Shown here: one piece after another, positions 27,478-43,302 of the stretch | Numbering within the stretch: position 1 is the stretch's first letter | Layout of the letters: each line of letters opens with the position of its first letter | Source: Eledone cirrhosa | Lineage: Eukaryota | Reading direction: 5' to 3' | Length of the DNA stretch: 64,000 nt | Assembly (NCBI GenBank): GCA_964016885.1 | Contig: OZ024753.1 | Coordinates: 37,324,001 to 37,388,000, forward strand | Translations under genes and position numbers: made by a program | The notes under the pieces: generated by a model | The model's input: only the letters and a program-made list of their open reading frames with translations | Told to the model about the DNA's origin: nothing | Databases searched by the model: none

Positions 27478-30400
27478 TGTCACTATGTCTGTCTATCACC
27501 ATGTCTATCTGTCACTATGCTTCACTGTCTCTATGTCAGGCGGTCTACCTGTCTGTCTGTCACTAAGTCTGTCTACCACCATGTCTATCTGTCACTATGC
27601 TTCACTGTCTGTATGTCAGGCTGTCTGTCTGTCTGTCTGTCACTAAGTCTGTCTACCACCATGTCTATCTGTCACTATGCTTCACTGTCTGTATGTCAGG
27701 CTGTCTACCTGTCTGTCTGTCACTAAGTCTGTCTACCACCATGTCTGTCTGTCACTATGCTTCACTGTCTGTATGTCAGGCTGTCTGTCTGTCTATCTGT
27801 CACTATGCTTCACTGTCTGTATGACAGGCTGTCTGTCTGTCTGTCACTAAGTCTGTCTACCACCATGTCTATCTGTCACTATGCTTCACTGTCTGTATGT
27901 CAGGCTGTCTACCTGTCTGTCTGTCACTAAGTCTGTCTACCACCATGTCTATCTGTCATTATGCTTCACTGTCTGTATGTCAGGCTGTCTGTCTGTCTGT
28001 CACTATGTCTGTCTACCACCATGTCTATCTGTCACTATGCTTCACTGTCTGTATGTCAGGCTGTCTGTCTGTCTGTCTGTCACTAAGTCTGTCTACCACC
28101 ATGTCTATCTGTCACTATGCTTCACTGTCTGTATGTCAGGCTGTCTGTCTGTCTGTCTGTCACTAAGTCTGTCTATCACCATGTCTATCTGTCACTATGC
28201 TTCACTGTCTGTATGTCAGGCTGTCTGTCTGTCTGTCACTAAGTCTGTCTACCACCATGTCTATCTGTCACTATGCTTCACTGTCTGTATGTCAGGCTGT
28301 CTGTCTGTCTGTCACTAAGTCTGTCTACCACCATGTCTATCTGTCACTATGCTTCACTGTCTGTATGTCAGGCTGTCTGTCTGTCTGTCACTAAGTCTGT
28401 CTACCACCATGTCTATCTGTCACTATGCTTCACTGTCTGTATGTCAGGCTGTCTGTCTGTCTGTCACTAAGTCTGTCTACCACCATGTCTATCTGTCACT
28501 ATGCTTCACTGTCTGTATGTCAGGCTGTCTGTCTGTCTGTCTGTCACTAAGTCTGTCTACCACCATGTCTATCTGTCACTATGCTTCACTGTCTGTATGT
28601 CAGGCTGTCTGTCTGTCTGTCTGTCACTAAGTCTGTCTATCACCATGTCTATCTGTCACTATGCTTCACTGTCTGTATGTCAGGCTGTCTGTCTGTCTAT
28701 CTGTCACTATGCTTCACTGTCTGTATGTCAGGCTGTCTGTCTGTCTGTCACTAAGTCTGTCTACCACCATGTCTATCTGTCACTATGCTTCACTGTCTGT
28801 ATGTCAGGCTGTCTGTCTGTCTGTCTGTCACTAAGTCTGTCTACCACCATGTCTATCTGTCACTATGCTTCACTGTCTGTATGTCAGGCTGTCTACCTGT
28901 CTGTCTGTCACTAAGTCTGTCTACCACCATGTCTATCTGTCACTATGCTTCACTGTCTGTATGTCAGGCTGTCTGTCTGTCTATCTGTCACTATGCTTCA
29001 CTGTCTGTATGTCAGGCTGTCTACCTGTCTGTCTGTCACTAAGTCTGTCTACCACCATGTCTATCTGTCACTATGCTTCACTGTCTGTATGTCAGGCTGT
29101 CTACCTGTCTGTCTGTCACTAAGTCTGTCTACCACCATGTCTATCTGTCACTATGCTTCACTGTCTGTATGTCAGGCTGTCTGTCTGTCTATCTGTCACT
29201 ATGCTTCACTGTCTGTATGTCAGGCTGTCTGTCTGTCTGTCTGTCACTAAGTCTGTCTATCACCATGTCTATCTGTCACTATGCTTCACTGTCTGTATGT
29301 CAGGCTGTCTGTCTGTCTATCTGTCACTATGCTTCACTGTCTGTATGTCAGGCTGTCTACCTGTCTGTCTGTCACTAAGTCTGTCTACCACCATGTCTAT
29401 CTGTCACTATGCTTCACTGTCTGTATGTCACGCTGTCTGTCTGTCTGTCTGTCACTATGCTTCACTGTCTGTATGTCAGGCTGTCTGTCTGTCTGTCACT
29501 AAGTCTGTCTACCACCATGTCTATCTGTCACTATGCTTCACTGTCTGTATGTCAGGCTGTCTGTCTGTCTGTCTGTCACTAAGTCTGTCTACCACCATGT
29601 CTATCTGTCACTATGCTTCACTGTCTGTATGTCAGGCTGTCTGTCTGTCTATCTGTCACTATGCTTCACTGTCTGTATGTCAGGCTGTCTGTCTGTCTGT
29701 CACTAAGTCTGTCTACCACCATGTCTATCTGTCACTATGCTTCACTGTCTGTATGTCAGGCTGTCTGTCTGTCTGTCTGTCACTAAGTCTGTCTACCACC
29801 ATGTCTATCTGTCACTATGCTTCACTGTCTGTATGTCAGGCTGTCTGTCTGTCTATCTGTCACTATGCTTCACTGTCTGTATGTCAGGCTGTCTGTCTGT
29901 CTGTCACTAAGTCTGTCTACCACCATGTCTATCTGTCACTATGCTTCACTGTCTGTATGTCAGGCTGTCTGTCTGTCTGTCTGTCACTAAGTCTGTCTAC
30001 CACCATGTCTATCTGTCACTATGCTTCACTGTCTGTATGTCAGGCTGTCTGTCTGTCTGTCTGTCACTAAGTCTGTCTACCACCATGTCTATCTGTCACT
30101 ATGCTTCACTGTCTGTATGTCAGGCTGTCTGTCTGTCTGTCACTAAGTCTGTCTACCACCATGTCTATCTGTCACTATGCTTCACTGTCTGTATGTCAGG
30201 CTGTCTGTCTGTCTGTCTGTCACTAAGTCTGTCTATCACCATGTCTATCTGTCACTATGCTTCACTGTCTGTATGTCAGGCTGTCTGTCTGTCTGTCACT
30301 AAGTCTGTCTACCACCATTTTTATCTGTCACTATGCTTCACTGTCTGTATGTCAGGCTGTCTGTCTGTCTATCTGTCACTATGCTTCACTGTCTGTATGT

Positions 30401-33400
30401 CAGGCTGTCTGTCTGTCTGTCACTAAGTCTGTCTACCACCATGTCTATCTGTCACTATGCTTCACTGTCTGTATGTCAGGCTGTCTGTCTGTCTGTCTGT
30501 CACTAAGTCTGTCTACCACCATGTCTATCTGTCACTATGCTTCACTGTCTGTATGTCAGGCTGTCTGTCTGTCTGTCTGTCACTAAGTCTGTCTACCACC
30601 ATGTCTATCTGTCACTATGCTTCACTGTCTCTATGTCAGGCTGTCTGTCTGTCTGTCTGTCACTAAGTCTGTCTACCACCATGTCTATCTGTCACTATGC
30701 TTCACTGTCTCTATGTCAGGCTGTCTGTCTGTCTGTCTGTCACTAAGTCTGTCTACCACCATGTCTATCTGTCACTATGCTTCACTGTCTGTATGTCAGG
30801 CTGTCTGTCTGTCTGTCTGTCACTAAGTCTGTCTACCACCATGTCTATCTGTCACTATGCTTCACTGTCTGTATGTCAGGCTGTCTGTCTGTCTGTCTGT
30901 CACTAAGTCTGTCTACCACCATGTCTATCTGTCACTATGCTTCACTGTCTCTATGTCAGGCTGTCTGTCTGTCTGTCTGTCACTAAGTCTGTCTACCACC
31001 ATGTCTATCTGTCACTATGCTTCACTGTCTGTATGTCAGGCTGTCTGTCTGTCTGTCTGTCACTAAGTCTGTCTACCACCATGTCTATCTGTCACTATGC
31101 TTCACTGTCTGTATGTCAGGCTGTCTGTCTGTCTATCTGTCACTATGCTTCACTGTCTGTATGTCAGGCTGTCTGTCTGTCTGTCACTAAGTCTGTCTAC
31201 CACCATGTCTATCTGTCACTATGCTTCACTGTCTGTATGTCAGGCTGTCTGTCTGTCTGTCTGTCACTAAGTCTGTCTACCACCATGTCTATCTGTCACT
31301 ATGCTTCACTGTCTGTATGTCAGGCTGTCTGTCTGTCTGTCTGTCACTAAGTCTGTCTACCACCATGTCTATCTGTCACTATGCTTCACTGTCTGTATGT
31401 CAGGCTGTCTGTCTGTCTGTCTGTCACTAAGTCTGTCTACCACCATGTCTATCTGTCACTATGCTTCACTGTCTGTATGTCAGGCTGTCTGTCTGTCTGT
31501 CTGTCACTAAGTCTGTCTACCACCATGTCTATCTGTCACTATGCTTCACTGTCTGTATGTCAGGCTGTCTGTCTGTCTGTCTGTCACTAAGTCTGTCTAC
31601 CACCATGTCTATCTGTCACTATGCTTCACTGTCTCTATGTCAGGCTGTCTGTCTGTCTGTCTGTCACTAAGTCTGTCTACCACCATGTCTATCTGTCACT
31701 ATGCTTCACTGTCTGTATGTCAGGCTGTCTGTCTGTCTGTCTGTCACTAAGTCTGTCTACCACCATGTCTATCTGTCACTATGCTTCACTGTCTGTATGT
31801 CAGGCTGTCTGTCTGTCTATCTGTCACTATGCTTCACTGTCTGTATGTCAGGCTGTCTGTCTGTCTGTCACTAAGTCTGTCTACCACCATGTCTATCTGT
31901 CACTATGCTTCACTGTCTGTATGTCAGGCTGTCTGTCTGTCTGTCTGTCACTAAGTCTGTCTACCACCATGTCTATCTGTCACTATGCTTCACTGTCTGT
32001 ATGTCAGGCTGTCTGTCTGTCTGTCTGTCACTAAGTCTGTCTACCACCATGTCTATCTGTCACTATGCTTCACTGTCTCTATGTCAGGCTGTCTGTCTGT
32101 CTGTCTGTCACTAAGTCTGTCTACCACCATGTCTATCTGTCACTATGCTTCACTGTCTCTATGTCAGGCTGTCTGTCTGTCTGTCTGTCACTAAGTCTGT
32201 CTACCACCATGTCTATCTGTCACTATGCTTCACTGTCTGTATGTCAGGCTGTCTGTCTGTCTGTCTGTCACTAAGTCTGTCTACCACCATGTCTATCTGT
32301 CACTATGCTTCACTGTCTGTATGTCAGGCTGTCTGTCTGTCTGTCTGTCACTAAGTCTGTCTACCACCATGTCTATCTGTCACTATGCTTCACTGTCTGT
32401 ATGTCAGGCTGTCTGTCTGTCTGTCACTAAGTCTGTCTACCACCATGTCTGTCTGTCACTATGCTTCACTGTCTGTATGTCAGGCTGTCTGTCTGTCTGT
32501 CACTAAGTCTGTCTATCACCATGTCTATCTGTCACTATGCTTCACTGTCTGTATGTCAGGCTGTCTGTCTGTCTGTCACTAAGTCTGTCTACCACCATGT
32601 CTATCTGTCACTATGCTTCACTGTCTGTATGTCAGGCTGTCTGTCTGTCTGTCACTAAGTCTGTCTACCACCATGTCTATCTGTCACTATGCTTCACTGT
32701 CTGTATGTCAGGCTGTCTGTCTGTCTGTCACTAAGTCTGTCTACCACCATGTCTATCTGTCACTATGCTTCACTGTCTGTATGTCAGGCTGTCTGTCTGT
32801 CTGTCACTAAGTCTGTCTACCACCATGTCTGTCTGTCACTATGCTTCACTGTCTGTATGTCAGGCTGTCTGTCTGTCTGTCACTAAGTCTGTCTATCACC
32901 ATGTCTATCTGTCACTATGCTTCACTGTCTGTATGTCAGGCTGTCTGTCTGTCTGTCACTAAGTCTGTCTACCACCATGTCTATCTGTCACTATGCTTCA
33001 CTGTCTGTATGTCAGGCTGTCTGTCTGTCTGTCACTAAGTCTGTCTACCACCATGTCTATCTGTCACTATGCTTCACTGTCTGTATGTCAGGCTGTCTGT
33101 CTGTCTGTCTGTCACTAAGTCTGTCTACCACCATGTCTATCTGTCACTATGCTTCACTGTCTGTATGTCAGGCTGTCTGTCTGTCTGTCACTAAGTCTGT
33201 CTACCACCATGTCTATCTGTCACTATGCTTCACTGTCTCTATGTCAGGCTGTCTGTCTGTCTGTCTGTCACTAAGTCTGTCTACCACCATGTCTATCTGT
33301 CACTATGCTTCACTGTCTGTATGTCAGGCTGTCTGTCTGTCTGTCTGTCACTAAGTCTGTCTACCACCATGTCTATCTGTCACTATGCTTCACTGTCTCT

Positions 33401-34758
33401 ATGTCAGGCTGTCTGTCTGTCTGTCACTAAGTCTGTCTACCACCATGTCTATCTGTCACTATGCTTCACTGTCTGTATGACAGGCTGTCTGTCTGTCTGT
33501 CACTAAGTCTGTCTACCACCATGTCTATCTGTCACTATGCTTCACTGTCTCTATGTCAGGCTGTCTGTCTGTCTGTCTGTCACTAAGTCTGTCTACCACC
33601 ATGTCTATCTGTCACTATGCTTCACTGTCTCTATGTCAGGCTGTCTACCTGTCTGTCTGTCACTAAGTCTGTCTACCACCATGTCTATCTGTCACTATGC
33701 TTCACTGTCTGTATGTCAGGCTGTCTGTCTGTCTGTCTGTCACTAAGTCTGTCTACCACCATGTCTATCTGTCACTATGCTTCACTGTCTCTATGTCAGG
33801 CTGTCTGTCTGTCTGTCTGTCACTAAGTCTGTCTACCACCATGTCTATCTGTCACTATGCTTCACTGTCTCTATGTCAGGCTGTCTGTCTGTCTGTCTGT
33901 CACTAAGTCTGTCTACCACCATGTCTATCTGTCACTATGCTTCACTGTCTGTATGTCAGGCTGTCTGTCTGTCTGTCACTATGTCTGTCTACCACCATGT
34001 CTATCTGTCACTATGCTTCACTGTCTGTATGTCAGGCTGTCTGTCTGTCTGTCTGTCACTAAGTCTGTCTACCACCATGTCTATCTGTCACTATGCTTCA
34101 CTGTCTGTATGTCAGGCTGTCTACCTGTCTGTCTGTCACTAAGTCTGTCTACCACCATGTCTATCTGTCACTATGCTTCACTGTCTCTATGTCAGGCTGT
34201 CTGTCTGTCTGTCTGTCACTAAGTCTGTCTACCACCATGTCTATCTGTCACTATGCTTCACTGTCTGTATGTCAGGCTGTCTGTCTGTCTGTCTGTCACT
34301 AAGTCTGTCTACCACCATGTCTATCTGTCACTATGCTTCACTGTCTGTATGTCAGGCTGTCTACCTGTCTGTCTGTCTATCTGTCACTATGCTTCACTGT
34401 CTCTATGTCAGGCTGTCTGTCTGTCTATCTGTCACTATGCTTCACTGTCTGTATGTCAGGCTGTCTGTCTGTCTATCTGTCACTATGCTTCACTGTCTGT
34501 ATGTCAGGCTGTCTGTCTGTCTATCTGTCACTATGCTTCACTGTCTCTATGTCAGGCTGTCTGTCTGTCTGTCTGTCACTAAGTCTGTCTACCACCATGT
34601 CTGTCTGTCACTATGCTTCACTGTCTCTATGTCAGGCTGTCTGTCTGTCTGTCTGTCACTAAGTCTGTCTATCACCATGTCTATCTGTCACTATGCTTCA
34701 CTGTCTGTATGTCAGGCTGTCTGTCTGTCTGTCTGTCACTAAGTCTGTCTACCACTAT
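27478..34758. repeat. Minisatellite array, 80-bp unit with 76- and 48-bp variants, ~7.3 kb
   Basis: Unit ctgtcactaagtctgtctaccaccatgtctatctgtcactatgcttcactgtctgtatgtcagg(ctgt)n; ORF starts step by 80 or 76 bp; preceded by degenerate (TCTG)n at 26960-27480. Confidence 0.97.
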
Positions 34759-35140
34759 GCTCGTCAGTCAGTATGCTTGTCTGTCTATGTATCAGGCTAT
34801 CTAGATGTATACGTGCTATTATATATTTCATAACTACCATTTTCAACATTAGCATCTGCGGAAAGCATATTTTCCTTCTCCTCCTTATCCACCCGTTTTT
34901 ATCATAGCTGGGATGAGACCACCCTGGAAAAGGAAAGAAAAGCTAAAAATATTAAAACATTTTAAAATAAAAATAAAAAAAGGGTCACTTAATACCCCAT
35001 GGTGGTTCCAGATTCCAGAATATCAGCAAGCTTCAAAGAGAATGCTACAGGAGGGTCTGTGCATCACTTCCCTGACCTTGGATCTGGACTACACATTCTT
35101 TTCCATTTAAAACACACACACACACTCACACACACTCACG

Positions 35141-35223
<83 letters not shown>

Positions 35224-35370
35224 TGTATGCATGTATATACATATATCTGTGTGTGTATGTGTGGGTGTATTCATGCAAAACGTAAACTGAAATAACAAAG
35301 CAAACGACACAGTACAATGAAAAAATATATTAGGTTAACGCTTGATATAGTAGAAGTTCCATACAGGCAT

Positions 35371-35498
<128 letters not shown>

Positions 35499-35786
35499 CA
35501 TATATATATGTGTGTATATGTGTGTATGTATGTATACATTTTATATAATAAATATGAATAACCTGAACAGATTCCCACAAATTGTATTGTCAGCTCCCAG
35601 AGAGGAGCAGATAATTGAATTGAAGTAAGCAAAATTTTGCCAGACGTGATTTTACTCACACTGGAAAATTTGTTTAGAATTTGTTAACAAGTGTATAGAT
35701 AGCGTTGGAGAGATATTAAACGGCCTTATGCTCAACTCGAGAAGACACACAAGCAGGCACATACAAATAGAGTAATTGATATATAT

Positions 35787-35832
<46 letters not shown>

Positions 35833-35988
35833 AGGGAGTGTAGCTTGGAGTTACTATACTGTAGGTTCACCCGGGTGAGGACTCGATGTTTAGGTTCACT
35901 TCTGCGTCGAGATGTAGAGCTAGACAGAGTGTATTATAGTAAAATAAAACAAGGACGAGTGGTTACTCCTTCGTTACGTTTATTGGTT

Positions 35989-36073
35989 GGTGACGCGCGT
36001 TTCGCCACTGATGAACAGAAAGTTCGATCTGTATCGATCTAGCCCGACTCTGTAATCCACGGCTCGTCAGACC
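35989..36073 (-). ncRNA. Type I hammerhead ribozyme, canonical core, long stem II
   Basis: Minus: ggt CTGACGA gccgt...acagag...ttctgt...gtggc GAAA cgcgcg TC acc. Confidence 0.75.
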
Positions 36074-36213
36074 CCTTATAATTGGTTCCTCTGCGAACGA
36101 AACCATGGTAGGGAGATCTTTATACAAGCGAGTATGGATAATCTTTTTTTTTTTGTCTGTCTGGTTTGCACTCCCATAAATACATTTTTTTCTCACTTAA
36201 ATTTAATATATAT

Positions 36214-36280
<67 letters not shown>

Positions 36281-36404
36281 CATACATACATACATACATA
36301 CATACATACATACATACATACATACATACATACATACATACGGGGGTAACCACAGTAAGTAAGGTACTCAATACAAAGCAGAGTATAAATGTTTAAAATA
36401 GAAA

Positions 36405-36455
36405 AGCTTCTACGGGACCAGAACTGTTTCATTCTTGAGAAATCATCAGGAAGCT
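36405..36455 (-). ncRNA. Type I hammerhead ribozyme (family D)
   Basis: Minus: agcttc CTGATGA t-ttc-tcaa-gaa-t GAAA cagttctggtcccg TA gaagct. Confidence 0.75.
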
Positions 36456-36498
36456 CTGATGATCCAGGGGTCTTCCTGATGATTCAGGGGCTTCCTCA

Positions 36499-36545
36499 TT
36501 CCTGATGATTTCTCACGAATGAAACAGTTCTAGTCCTGTAGAAGC
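36499..36545 (+). ncRNA. Type I hammerhead ribozyme (family D), inverted partner of 36405-36455
   Basis: ttc CTGATGA t-ttc-tcac-gaa-t GAAA cag-ttctagtc-ctg TA gaa. Confidence 0.75.
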
Positions 36546-36553
36546 TTTTCTCT

Positions 36554-36585
<32 letters not shown>

Positions 36586-36839
36586 GCAGACATACATATG
36601 TATATCTTTTCGCATAGAGTGTTTATGTGCGTGGGTTTAGTTTCCAGCCTATGTCAGTGATATGGTTCCAAATATTTATATTAATATTGAATTGGAGAGT
36701 ATGTTCATTAAAACATATGTTCCTGTGTATTTATATATTTTGTAATATGTGTAACATAATATAATGCTTATGTAAAACATATTTTTCTCGTCATCCAAGG
36801 AAGAGAAATTTCCCTCCGAAGATATTTTACAGAGGCATT

Positions 36840-36984
<145 letters not shown>

Positions 36985-37036
36985 ATATATATATATATAG
37001 TTATAAGAATAGAGGTGTAATATATATATGTATGTG

Positions 37037-37077
<41 letters not shown>

Positions 37078-37183
37078 GGGTATATATATATACATTACAT
37101 AAGTAGTATATACATATATATATATTTATATTTATATAAGAAATATATATATATGTATATATATATATGTATATATATGTATA

Positions 37184-37249
<66 letters not shown>

Positions 37250-37390
37250 AACATACATTACATATATAGTATATACATATGTACATGTATATTTATATAA
37301 GAAATATATATATGTATATATACACAGTTAAAGAGTAACCAATCTTAAAGAGAGAGATGGAGATTAACTAATGAATATATGTATATATAT

Positions 37391-37423
<33 letters not shown>

Positions 37424-37595
37424 CATGTATATATGTATGTAGGTATGTATGTATATATGTATATTTATGTGTATATCTATCTATGTGATGAGTGTGTAGG
37501 TGTATGTATATTTTTCTTATTCCTCAGTTATTAAACTGCAGTCATGCTGCGACGCCGCCTTTGGGTATATAGATATATGTGAGTATGTGTGGAGG

Positions 37596-37710
<115 letters not shown>

Positions 37711-37954
37711 GTATGTATGTGTATGTGTGTATGTCTACATGTCATTAAGATGTCTCCTTCCGCTATTAATGTATCATGGGATCTTGTGAAAATGAGCCGT
37801 AAAGATACCGAAACTAATCGGATCGAACCTCACCTCAGGCTGCGAAAAACCTCTCTCCTGGGTGTAATTTCACAGCAAGACTAAACACATGTGCATAGAA
37901 ATATGTACACGTATATATATTTATATATATGATGCATGTATATATATATGATGC

Positions 37955-38001
<47 letters not shown>

Positions 38002-38092
38002 TATTAATAATAATATTGCAATTATGCAAACAAGCCGCATTTTTAAAGCAATGTCAGTAGAATGAGCCCCTCATTCTTGCTGTTGTGTTGGC

Positions 38093-38135
<43 letters not shown>

Positions 38136-38227
38136 TCATATGAATGAATGAATGAATGAATACGTGTACATATTTCTATGCATATGTGTTTAGTCTTGCT
38201 GTGAAGCCCCTCATTCTTGCTGTTGGC

Positions 38228-38265
<38 letters not shown>

Positions 38266-39170
38266 ATATTTATATATGTATGTATATATATATACATATA
38301 TACTCACCCACACGTATGTATGCATGTATATATGTATTTATATATATATGTATGTGTGTATATACAGTATATGTATGTTACTAAGTATGTATGTTTATAT
38401 CCCAAGTATGGCATGCCGTAATCTCAACATTTATATACACCCTGTACATACAAATAGATTTATTTCTATAGTTATCACATTACATTGATGAGAAAGACTA
38501 AGGAACATTTCTCAGGGACACCTGCTGCATGATAACCTAATGCCTAATTTGTCACTAACGTATTTGCCACAATATTCCAAAAAAGCTTAAATGAAATAAA
38601 TAAAAGGATCCCTTCCTGTCATTAATTGTTTCTACTTTTGGCACAAGGCCAGCAATTATCTCAGTGTATTACTGGTACTTTATTTTATCGACCCCCGTAA
38701 GGATGAAAGGCAAAGTTAACCTCGGCGGGATTTGAACTCCATTAATGGCCATTTGTTATACAGCCATGGAGTCCTGACCATGGGGTCCTCACCATGGGTC
38801 TGATTCTCTGTGGTGCAAGCCAGAGCAGTGTATTTTATCGAAGACCGGACGTCGCTCTTCTGCATGCAAATACCTCCTCTGTGTATGTCACCAATGTTGT
38901 TCAAAGGAAAGACAACAGCCGATACAGTTTGGCACCATTGATGTTACAATTTATTTATATTATATCTATACATTATATACCTTATGTATTGTGTTATCTA
39001 AGCGAAAGACAACAGGCGATACAGCTTGGATCTAGGGTCGACATAGCTCATCTATTTCCACCCGACTGGACTACTGAAGCAACGAGAAACACATAAATAC
39101 ACACACATATATACACACATACATACATATACATACATATACATACATGAACATACATACATATACACAC

Positions 39171-39558
<388 letters not shown>

Positions 39559-39686
39559 ATACTAAAACATTTATACTCTGCTATGTATTGAGTACCTTAC
39601 TTACTGTGGTTACTCCCGATTGAACCCGGAATAACTTATCTTTTATACATCTCGTTTTTTTTTACATTTAAAAAAAACCCTCATTT

Positions 39687-39722
<36 letters not shown>

Positions 39723-39732
39723 CTCTCAGTAG

Positions 39733-39988
<256 letters not shown>

Positions 39989-40005
39989 AGAAGAAGAAGA
40001 GAGAC

Positions 40006-40041
<36 letters not shown>

Positions 40042-40193
40042 GAGATAGATAGATAGACAGAAGAGCAGGAAGAGGAGGTAAGATGTGTTAGAGCGTTCCT
40101 TGTAGACACTCGTTATGTCTTCTCTTTCGTCACATTGATAAGTTGGCATGAAACACTGTTGAAATAAGGAAGTAAACAAACTCCCCCCCCCCC

Positions 40194-40239
<46 letters not shown>

Positions 40240-40737
40240 GGTTCAGTAACAGGAAATGATAATCGACAGCAACCACAACAGCAGCAACACCAACACTTGT
40301 AGTACCACCACCACCACCGTCATCATGACCATCATGACCATCATCACCATCATCATCATCATCATCATCATCAACATCATTATCATCACCACGACCAACA
40401 ACATCATCATCATTATCATCATCATTATCATCATCACCATCGCCATCACCACGATGACCAACAACATCATCATCATCATCATCATTATCATCATCGCTAT
40501 AACCATCCTCACCATTACCACATTATCTACCACCTTCACCAACAAGAACACCAAAACCACCATTGGTAGAGTCTTGGACAAAAATACTATGTGGATTTAA
40601 TTAAGACTTTCTACGTTCTCGTTCACACCCCTCTGAGGCCAACTTTGCTTTTCATCCTTCCGAGATCGATAAAATAAAGTACCAGTTAAATACTGGGGTT
40701 GATATAATTGATTTTCCCTTCCTCTAGTTTACTGGAT

Positions 40738-41010
40738 GGAGGCACATGGCCTAAAGATAAGGGTGTTGTACTTACGATCATAATGTCGTGGGCTCGATTC
40801 CTGGGCTGCGTGTTGTGTTCTTGAGCAAAACACTTCATTTCACGTTGCTCCAGTATACTTAGCTGAAAATGAGTACCAGCAATAGCTGGGGGTTTAACCC
40901 TGCGATGGACTGGTGTCTTGTCCAGGGCAGAGTCTTGTACTCTCAGTCGCTTCACGCCACGAAACCGGGATAAGCACCGGCCAAATAAGCCTTCTGGCTT
41001 AAGACAGACT
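40738..41010 (+). mobile_element. CORE-type tRNA-derived SINE
   Basis: ggaggcacatggcct...ctcgattcc...gttgtgttcttgagcaaaacactt...ctccag...aaatgagtacc...cctgcgatggactgg. Confidence 0.8.
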
Positions 41011-41556
41011 TTAGATTTAGACTAGTTTACTGGACAATGTTAGAAAGAATTAACAAAAGAAATATTTAAACAAATGACAAAAAATGTATCAAATTTTTTT
41101 GCTAGTTTTATCTTAAAAGTAACGTTAATGGTTAGTCACCTGATTATTCATACATCTGAGAATCTAGATGACCAGATGGTCAAATACCAAGTTAGTATCT
41201 ACTTAAACCTATTCCTGCCTGACCTACCCTTGTCTTACATGGTCTCGCCCCGTCTGGTTCTTGCCACTTTTAGGCTTGAGTAACACACTAAAAGAGTCAA
41301 CCACCATTCACCACCAAACACTCAACCACTACACCACCCCATCATCTTCCGAATTGACTGAAATAACAGCTACCCCCGGTAACATAACTTAATGTCATTT
41401 ACTGAAACACTTGTTCAGATATAATTATATCTAAAGAGTTTGCTTTACGACACACACACAAGCTCACAGACACACACACGCACCGATAGATAGATAGATA
41501 GATAAACAAGCACGAACTCACTATCTTAGAGATAGCGTAGTTGTCTTATTACAGGA

Positions 41557-41609
<53 letters not shown>

Positions 41610-41742
41610 TCTGCCTACTATCTTTGCACACGGCACTGGACAGAATTGCTTCCACATCATTCATTCTCATCTCGGGAACAATTTTGAATAGCGCCAGTTC
41701 GTAATTTGAACTCGGGAATTTTATATTCTCCGAGTGAAAAGA

Positions 41743-41829
41743 ACTTTCTGACGAGAGTTTATCTTTTCAATGGAAGCCCGCAAGGACTGTCCATTTATTT
41801 TTGAGACTCGAAACTGATTCGGTAAAGGT
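41743..41829 (+). ncRNA. Type I hammerhead ribozyme, canonical core, long stem II capped by GCAA loop
   Basis: acttt CTGACGA gagttt...aatgga..cc-gcaa-gg..tccatt...agactc GAAA ctg-att-cgg TA aaggt. Confidence 0.8.
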
Positions 41830-41896
41830 AACCATAGTAAGTACAGTGAATTTTTTGAAATTTATTTTGAAACTTTTTCTTATTTGCTAAACCTTG

Positions 41897-41950
<54 letters not shown>

Positions 41951-42078
41951 GAGAGACCTGGAGACGGTGACACAGGGAATATGGCGCTCAAAGGAGAAAC
42001 TCTTTCGGGTGGTTTCAACCTCCACAAGATGGTATGGTAGATACCAAGGTGAAAGAACGTGACAAATAGACACGTGAG

Positions 42079-42110
<32 letters not shown>

Positions 42111-42219
42111 ATGTTTACTTATTTGGGTAATTAATAAAACAATTAATTAAGTCTCCATATAATTGCTTAACGTCATTTGAACTACTCAAGCTTTTGTAAC
42201 ATGTTGTATAAAGCACCAA

Positions 42220-42255
<36 letters not shown>

Positions 42256-42268
42256 TAGTAGCAGTAGC

Positions 42269-42317
<49 letters not shown>

Positions 42318-42871
42318 ACACCAGTAGTTATTAAAATGTTTACTTTCTCATACGAATATTTGTTTTTATTTGAAAGCTATTTTATTTGAAGAAGACACAG
42401 CTGTCTTCTTCTTGGACAATGACCTAACGTCACTCCCTCTTATGCCAACACTACGCTAAATGTAATATCTTCTTAACAGACAATGATATGACAAAATATA
42501 CTATTGACTTGCAATCTGCTCACTACTCAGCTCTGCTTTATTACTCTCTATCATTCTAGCTGCTGTTGTTATTAAATATACAATAGTTACCCTTATAGCA
42601 TTTATTTTAAATGCTTTGTCTTGGTTTTTTTTTGTTGTTGTTTGTTCCATGTACTTCATGTACTTCATGTACTTCTTAACGTGAAGTACTAACGGCTCTG
42701 CTCTGCTCGTCAAGTGGCTGTCTCTCTGTGTAAAAAGAAAGAAGAATATTTTGATATTGTATTTAACGTGGGAAGATTTACTAATTGTCTGGACGGTAAC
42801 TACAGAGGTTCTGGTGCTGTTGAAAATCTCTGTTACGTTTCCTTTATATAATAAAATGTGATGCTCACATC

Positions 42872-42965
42872 TACGAGGAGCGGCTGAAAAGTTCATAGAC
42901 TGACCTAGATAATCTCAACGAATGACCAAAGGAGGTGTTTTTTTTTCAACATAGTCTCTGGAAGG
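42872..42965 (+). mobile_element. Mariner-like terminal fragment
   Basis: TA-cgaggagcggctgaaaagttcatagactgacc...tttttcaacatagtctc resembles mariner TIR starts; only one end seen. Confidence 0.45.
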
Positions 42966-43007
42966 AAACAATGAAACAATGCTGTTATTAGTAAGAAGAG
43001 TTAAATT

Positions 43008-43040
<33 letters not shown>

Positions 43041-43059
43041 GTGTGTGTGTGTATGTATG

Positions 43060-43124
<65 letters not shown>

Positions 43125-43198
43125 ATGTATATATGTATGTATATATGTATGTATGTATATATATGTGTATATATATATGTATGTATGTATATATATAA

Positions 43199-43273
<75 letters not shown>

Positions 43274-43302
43274 CATATATATGTATATATGTATATATAT
43301 AT

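Noticed and set aside
27478-34758. Array as CRISPR or as a repeat-protein gene
   Set aside because: No unique spacers; unit lengths 80 and 76 are not multiples of 3 and TAA recurs in shifting frames
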